A stretch of DNA of 46,602 nucleotides from a virus: the UHGV virus genome UHGV-0186543; one strand, 5' to 3'. Within the stretch, counting starts at the first letter, position 1. Every line of letters starts with the position of its first letter. The position numbers were made by a program, and so were the translations under genes. Under the pieces are notes generated by a model. The model did no database searches. It was not told the origin of the DNA and worked only from the letters and a program-made list of their open reading frames with translations. Shown here piece after piece: positions 43,153 to 46,602 of the stretch.

Positions 43153-44388
43153 ATGACTAAGCGAAATAAAACCCCAAAATTTAACTTGGACAAAGCTCGC
43201 AAAAAAGAGATTCGCGCAGCCTTAACCAGCGTGGGTATGACCCCTCAACATGATGGCTGGGCGGATTTGTTTATGTACGCTTATACAGATGGCAGCAATT
43301 TAAACGGTTTGCAATTGGCCAAAGCCTTATCAGTGCATCCAACGCTGATAAATGGTTTATCGCGCGGCATCAAATTAAAACCAGAGAAAGCGCTCTCCAA
43401 AAAACGACCATCAAAACCTACGCTGGCCGATAAACGCCGCGAGGCCAAACAGAAGGTCAATATGGGCTGGGAAGCGCTGATTCGCACTATGCCTATGCAA
43501 AAGCCAGGCGCACGCAAAAACCCTGAAACAGAAGCCCTTTGGGAGAATGCCCGTCGCCGTGGCACGTCCCAGGCCAGCACGCCAGCATTTACGCCGACAA
43601 TCATCCCGCGCAAGGTTTCCGCTCAAATCAACACCGAATTACCAGGCCTGCAATCAACGCAGATGGAAACACCGAAACGGTATGATTCTGTGAGCATGAC
43701 ATCAAAAGTTACGACAAAGCTGGATAATCGCGTCCTACAGGATTTTCTGGCAAAACACATTCCACCCAGCCAGCGTCGTGATGTTGAGCTTTATATCCAC
43801 AAACACCAGCATGAAGCCACCACGACCATTGAACTGGTACAGCGGTACCTGGATGATCAGGAAGAAAAGCAAATCATCCGAGAAGCCGAGAAGCTGGCCG
43901 ATGTTGTTCCGGAACTGGTAGCCGATGATCGAATCATCATGTCGCAGGAAGTAGTGGTCGTCGTGGAGGAAGAGAAACCCGCGCCCGCGCTTGGCCAACC
44001 TGTCAAACTCCACAGTACCCGAACCGCGCAGCGCATCGTTGAGCAGCGCGACGCGACGGCGCATATGCAGTTTGTTGAATGGGTATGGAATAATTTTGCT
44101 GGCCGTTGCGCGGTGACTGGCTGGCAGAACGGCGAACGATTGCAAGCGGCGCACATTGAGCCAGCTACCTCAGGCAATTTTAGCGCTGATAATGGCCTGT
44201 TGTTGACTCCAACGATACACGACTTACTAGACGCAGAGCTGATGGCCGTCAACCCTGAAACAATGACCGTACATTTTGCCCCAGGTATTGAGCTCGGCGC
44301 GATGTTTGAAGGCAAAGTGATTGAGCCTAAATTATGGCCGCTGAACATGGCCGCGTTGGTTAAACGCTGGAAAGAACGGAAATTCTGA
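43153..44388 (+). CDS. protein with a C-terminal HNH (HNH_2-type) nuclease domain
   Basis: 411 aa. GRCAVTGWQNGERLQAAHIEPATSGNFSADNGLLLTPTIHDLLDAELMAV fits the HNH_2 pattern (C.vTG ... L.AAHI.P ... NGLLL ... H.lfD). The ~300-aa basic, low-complexity N-terminal region is unassigned. Confidence 0.75.
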   Translation: MTKRNKTPKFNLDKARKKEIRAALTSVGMTPQHDGWADLFMYAYTDGSNLNGLQLAKALSVHPTLINGLSRGIKLKPEKALSKKRPSKPTLADKRREAKQKVNMGWEALIRTMPMQKPGARKNPETEALWENARRRGTSQASTPAFTPTIIPRKVSAQINTELPGLQSTQMETPKRYDSVSMTSKVTTKLDNRVLQDFLAKHIPPSQRRDVELYIHKHQHEATTTIELVQRYLDDQEEKQIIREAEKLADVVPELVADDRIIMSQEVVVVVEEEKPAPALGQPVKLHSTRTAQRIVEQRDATAHMQFVEWVWNNFAGRCAVTGWQNGERLQAAHIEPATSGNFSADNGLLLTPTIHDLLDAELMAVNPETMTVHFAPGIELGAMFEGKVIEPKLWPLNMAALVKRWKERKF

Positions 44389-44519
44389 TTAAATATTTTA
44401 ATCACCATCGTGCTGGCTGCCATCGCCTATATGGCGTTGCCTCATCACTCGAATCCGAATGCATAATCTTATCCGAGTGGGGAAAGTGCACCACCAAAAC
44501 ATCGAAACAGGAATAGAAA

Positions 44520-45080
44520 ATGAACGGAATATCAAAAATCATCTTAGCACTGACCGCTGGATTTACGCTGTCCGGATGTGTAAGCCATACCCAAAAAAAT
44601 TCACAACCAGATCCGGCTGCAATCGAGGCGGCAAAACTTGCGCAGTACACCGATTCACAGCTTTGCCAGGCAGAAGATAATATAGAGCCATTGCTCAACC
44701 TTAATCCATCATCTCATCCTGAATTTAATGAAAATTATCGCCGCGCCCAGGCTATTAAAAAGGTGATCGCCTCTCGTAATTTAAGCTGCTACCGCCTGAA
44801 AATGGAGAGGGCAGAACAGGCCACACCAGCACGCCCGTTAAGCCCACGACAAAAACAAGCGAGGGCATCCGCTGTTTGCCAGGCTTACGCCCAGCGTACC
44901 CGATTTGCGGATCCGACAGTCACATTTCAGATGTGCGGGAAAGGATTCCAGTCTACTTCGGCAAAATGTAAGGAAGATTTGGCGAGTTTTGAACGTGAGT
45001 CTCAGAAACTTAGAGGTACGGCCAGAGCGGAATATGTTGAAATTAGCAGTGCATTTCGGGCAGGCTGTGCTTTAAAATAA
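44520..45080 (+). CDS. lipoprotein (186 aa)
   Basis: Signal peptide plus lipobox FTLSGC. Several Cys residues. No other motif recognised. Confidence 0.7.
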   Translation: MNGISKIILALTAGFTLSGCVSHTQKNSQPDPAAIEAAKLAQYTDSQLCQAEDNIEPLLNLNPSSHPEFNENYRRAQAIKKVIASRNLSCYRLKMERAEQATPARPLSPRQKQARASAVCQAYAQRTRFADPTVTFQMCGKGFQSTSAKCKEDLASFERESQKLRGTARAEYVEISSAFRAGCALK

Positions 45081-45533
45081 AAAATGAAGTAATATTAATA
45101 ACGCAATTGAATTTAAAAAAAATCAATGCCTACTCGGTGCCATATACAGCCATGGTTATTAACAGCAGGGAATAATTCCACACTGAAATTAAATGTCTGC
45201 CTTTTACAGTAGAAATAGTTTCTCCAGGACACTATCCATTGCCGGGCACAATCACTCGGGGTATAACGATATAAAATATGTTCATGATAGTGCAGGTTCG
45301 TATATTAAGTTCAGCAGCGAAAACATGCCTTACAGGTTTCCGGTTTTGGGAGCGTCGTTACAGGATCCTGCGCATACCGTTCCCATCTGTTGAATTAAAG
45401 GTTTCACAGCCTTTGCCGATATCGCCTTTTACCTTGCCTGTGATGCGTTCAGTGCTCAGCGTTGTTTACTGTAGCTCTCGGGACTGATTACAGACCGCGT
45501 CTTAAAAACCAATCCTTACTCTAAAGGGAATTC

Positions 45534-46457
45534 ATGAGATTAAAATACTCAGTACTCTTACTCGCCATTGCCCTTACAGGCTGTGATAACAAAAAAGATG
45601 AGATCGGTTGTTCTTCGGAAATAACCCAGTCAGCTCTCATGGATTTATTAAAAAAATCTGCTTATGAAGGACTCTCTGAACAGGTCGATAAATACCCTGA
45701 TGTCACTAATCAGACCAAACGAAGCACATTGGACAAGATCAAACTAGCCATCTCTGAGATCTCCACAACATCAAGTGACACGGGCAGCACAATGAAAACT
45801 TGTGAAGGGACCGTGACGATGACTCTATCTGCGAACGAGTACGTCCAGCTTTCAGATGCTTACAGAAAGAATTTTAATCGTAATCTCGACAAGCAAATGG
45901 AAAGCCTGTTTTTGGAGAACAACGCAAACGCCTTTTCCAAACGTATCACCTACACCGTGCAGGCGACCGACGATCAGAAAAACGTTTTTGTAAAAACCTC
46001 TTCTGATAATCCGATATCAGTGGGCGCCGCTTTACTGACATCACTTTCTATTATCAACCCGATCGTTGAGCAGCAGAAAATCCAGCAGGCTAAGGATGCC
46101 CAACAGAGCCAAATTGAAGCGGAACAACAGGTGCAACTCAGGGCGCAGGAACAGGCTAAGTATGAGGCGGAGAAGCAAATAGAGAGACAGGCACAACTTC
46201 AGCCACAAAAAGCTGACAGCCTTGATCAGTCCCGAATGGCATTTGCGAATGCCGACTCTGATTTGAGTACCGTCTGGAGCAAGTTAACCCCGGCGAAGAA
46301 AAAAGATTTGCTGCCTTCTCAGCGTCAGTGGATCAAAACTAAGGATGCTATGTGCGGTAAAGTTTCAATGCAGGGAACAGATGCTGAAGTCAAGAAAATG
46401 CTCGACTGCCAGACGCAAATGACCCTTTCAAGAATCGCTTTCCTCAGAAACCAATAA
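45534..46457 (+). CDS. lipoprotein with a C-terminal DUF1311/LprI-like domain
   Basis: Lipobox IALTGC. A Gln/Glu-rich coiled coil. The C-terminal LPSQRQWIKTKDAMCGK ... MLDCQTQMTLSRIAFL fits the QR.W...RD..C ... C....T..R...L pattern. Confidence 0.75.
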   Translation: MRLKYSVLLLAIALTGCDNKKDEIGCSSEITQSALMDLLKKSAYEGLSEQVDKYPDVTNQTKRSTLDKIKLAISEISTTSSDTGSTMKTCEGTVTMTLSANEYVQLSDAYRKNFNRNLDKQMESLFLENNANAFSKRITYTVQATDDQKNVFVKTSSDNPISVGAALLTSLSIINPIVEQQKIQQAKDAQQSQIEAEQQVQLRAQEQAKYEAEKQIERQAQLQPQKADSLDQSRMAFANADSDLSTVWSKLTPAKKKDLLPSQRQWIKTKDAMCGKVSMQGTDAEVKKMLDCQTQMTLSRIAFLRNQ

Positions 46458-46602
46458 CTGAAGTTTCCTTCAAGCTGGCGCCTGGTGTTAACCTGGTGCC
46501 AGCTTAGTCATCAAGTACATACGTTACAGTTTTACATGGGCGGTACTTTGACAGAGTATTCGGCCTCGTGCTGGTTGTGACTAAATACCTTTTTAAGCGC
46601 AA

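Noticed and set aside
45081-45533. Small ORFs 45193..45393 and 45278..45487 between the two lipoprotein genes
   Set aside because: They overlap each other, lack RBSs and show no motif. The spacer may hold a promoter or a decayed gene, but I cannot support a feature.

Overview
The window reads as one nearly complete temperate enterobacterial phage genome (lambdoid regulation, lambda-like head, P2-like contractile tail), about 50% GC. An AT-rich accessory island of about 8.5 kb lies at the right end.

Minus strand, left part: antirepressor, small nin-type genes, DnaB helicase, an O-like initiator with four internal iterons, a YdaT/CII-like gene and a Cro/YdaS-like gene.

Plus strand: a short CI repressor with no S24 peptidase domain, then a candidate PL promoter and a roughly 670-nt structured non-coding leader. 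After that come a 737-aa protein with a Rad52-type annealing domain, a Gp157-like gene, a CsrA-like 60-aa ORF, xis and int, and a 56-nt 3' fragment of tRNA-Leu(UAA) as att core.

Minus strand, 12.6-37.8 kb: lipoprotein moron, P2-like tail and baseplate genes, lambda-like FII/FI/E/D/C/B/W/A/Nu1 head and packaging genes, a cos-like site, a small moron cluster, the lysis cassette, a tR'-type terminator, putative Q, and YbcO-like and DUF1367-like genes. A 59-aa ORF there sits behind a strong LexA box.

Tail genes, att and int are contiguous, which is the attP (circular/vegetative) arrangement, not a prophage junction.

The least explained part is 38.0-44.4 kb. Three AT-rich orphan genes are each bracketed by copies of a roughly 100-bp structured repeat (R0-R3). 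A GIY-YIG plus HNH nuclease gene pair and two lipoprotein genes follow.

Other unexplained signals are an 11-mer (GAGGAAAGACC) recurring at gene starts and in the PL leader, a 23-bp direct repeat pair around a tRNA-like T-arm, and a 44-aa hydrophobic ORF antisense inside the tail operon.

All functional calls rest on motif recognition and gene order by eye. No database search was run.
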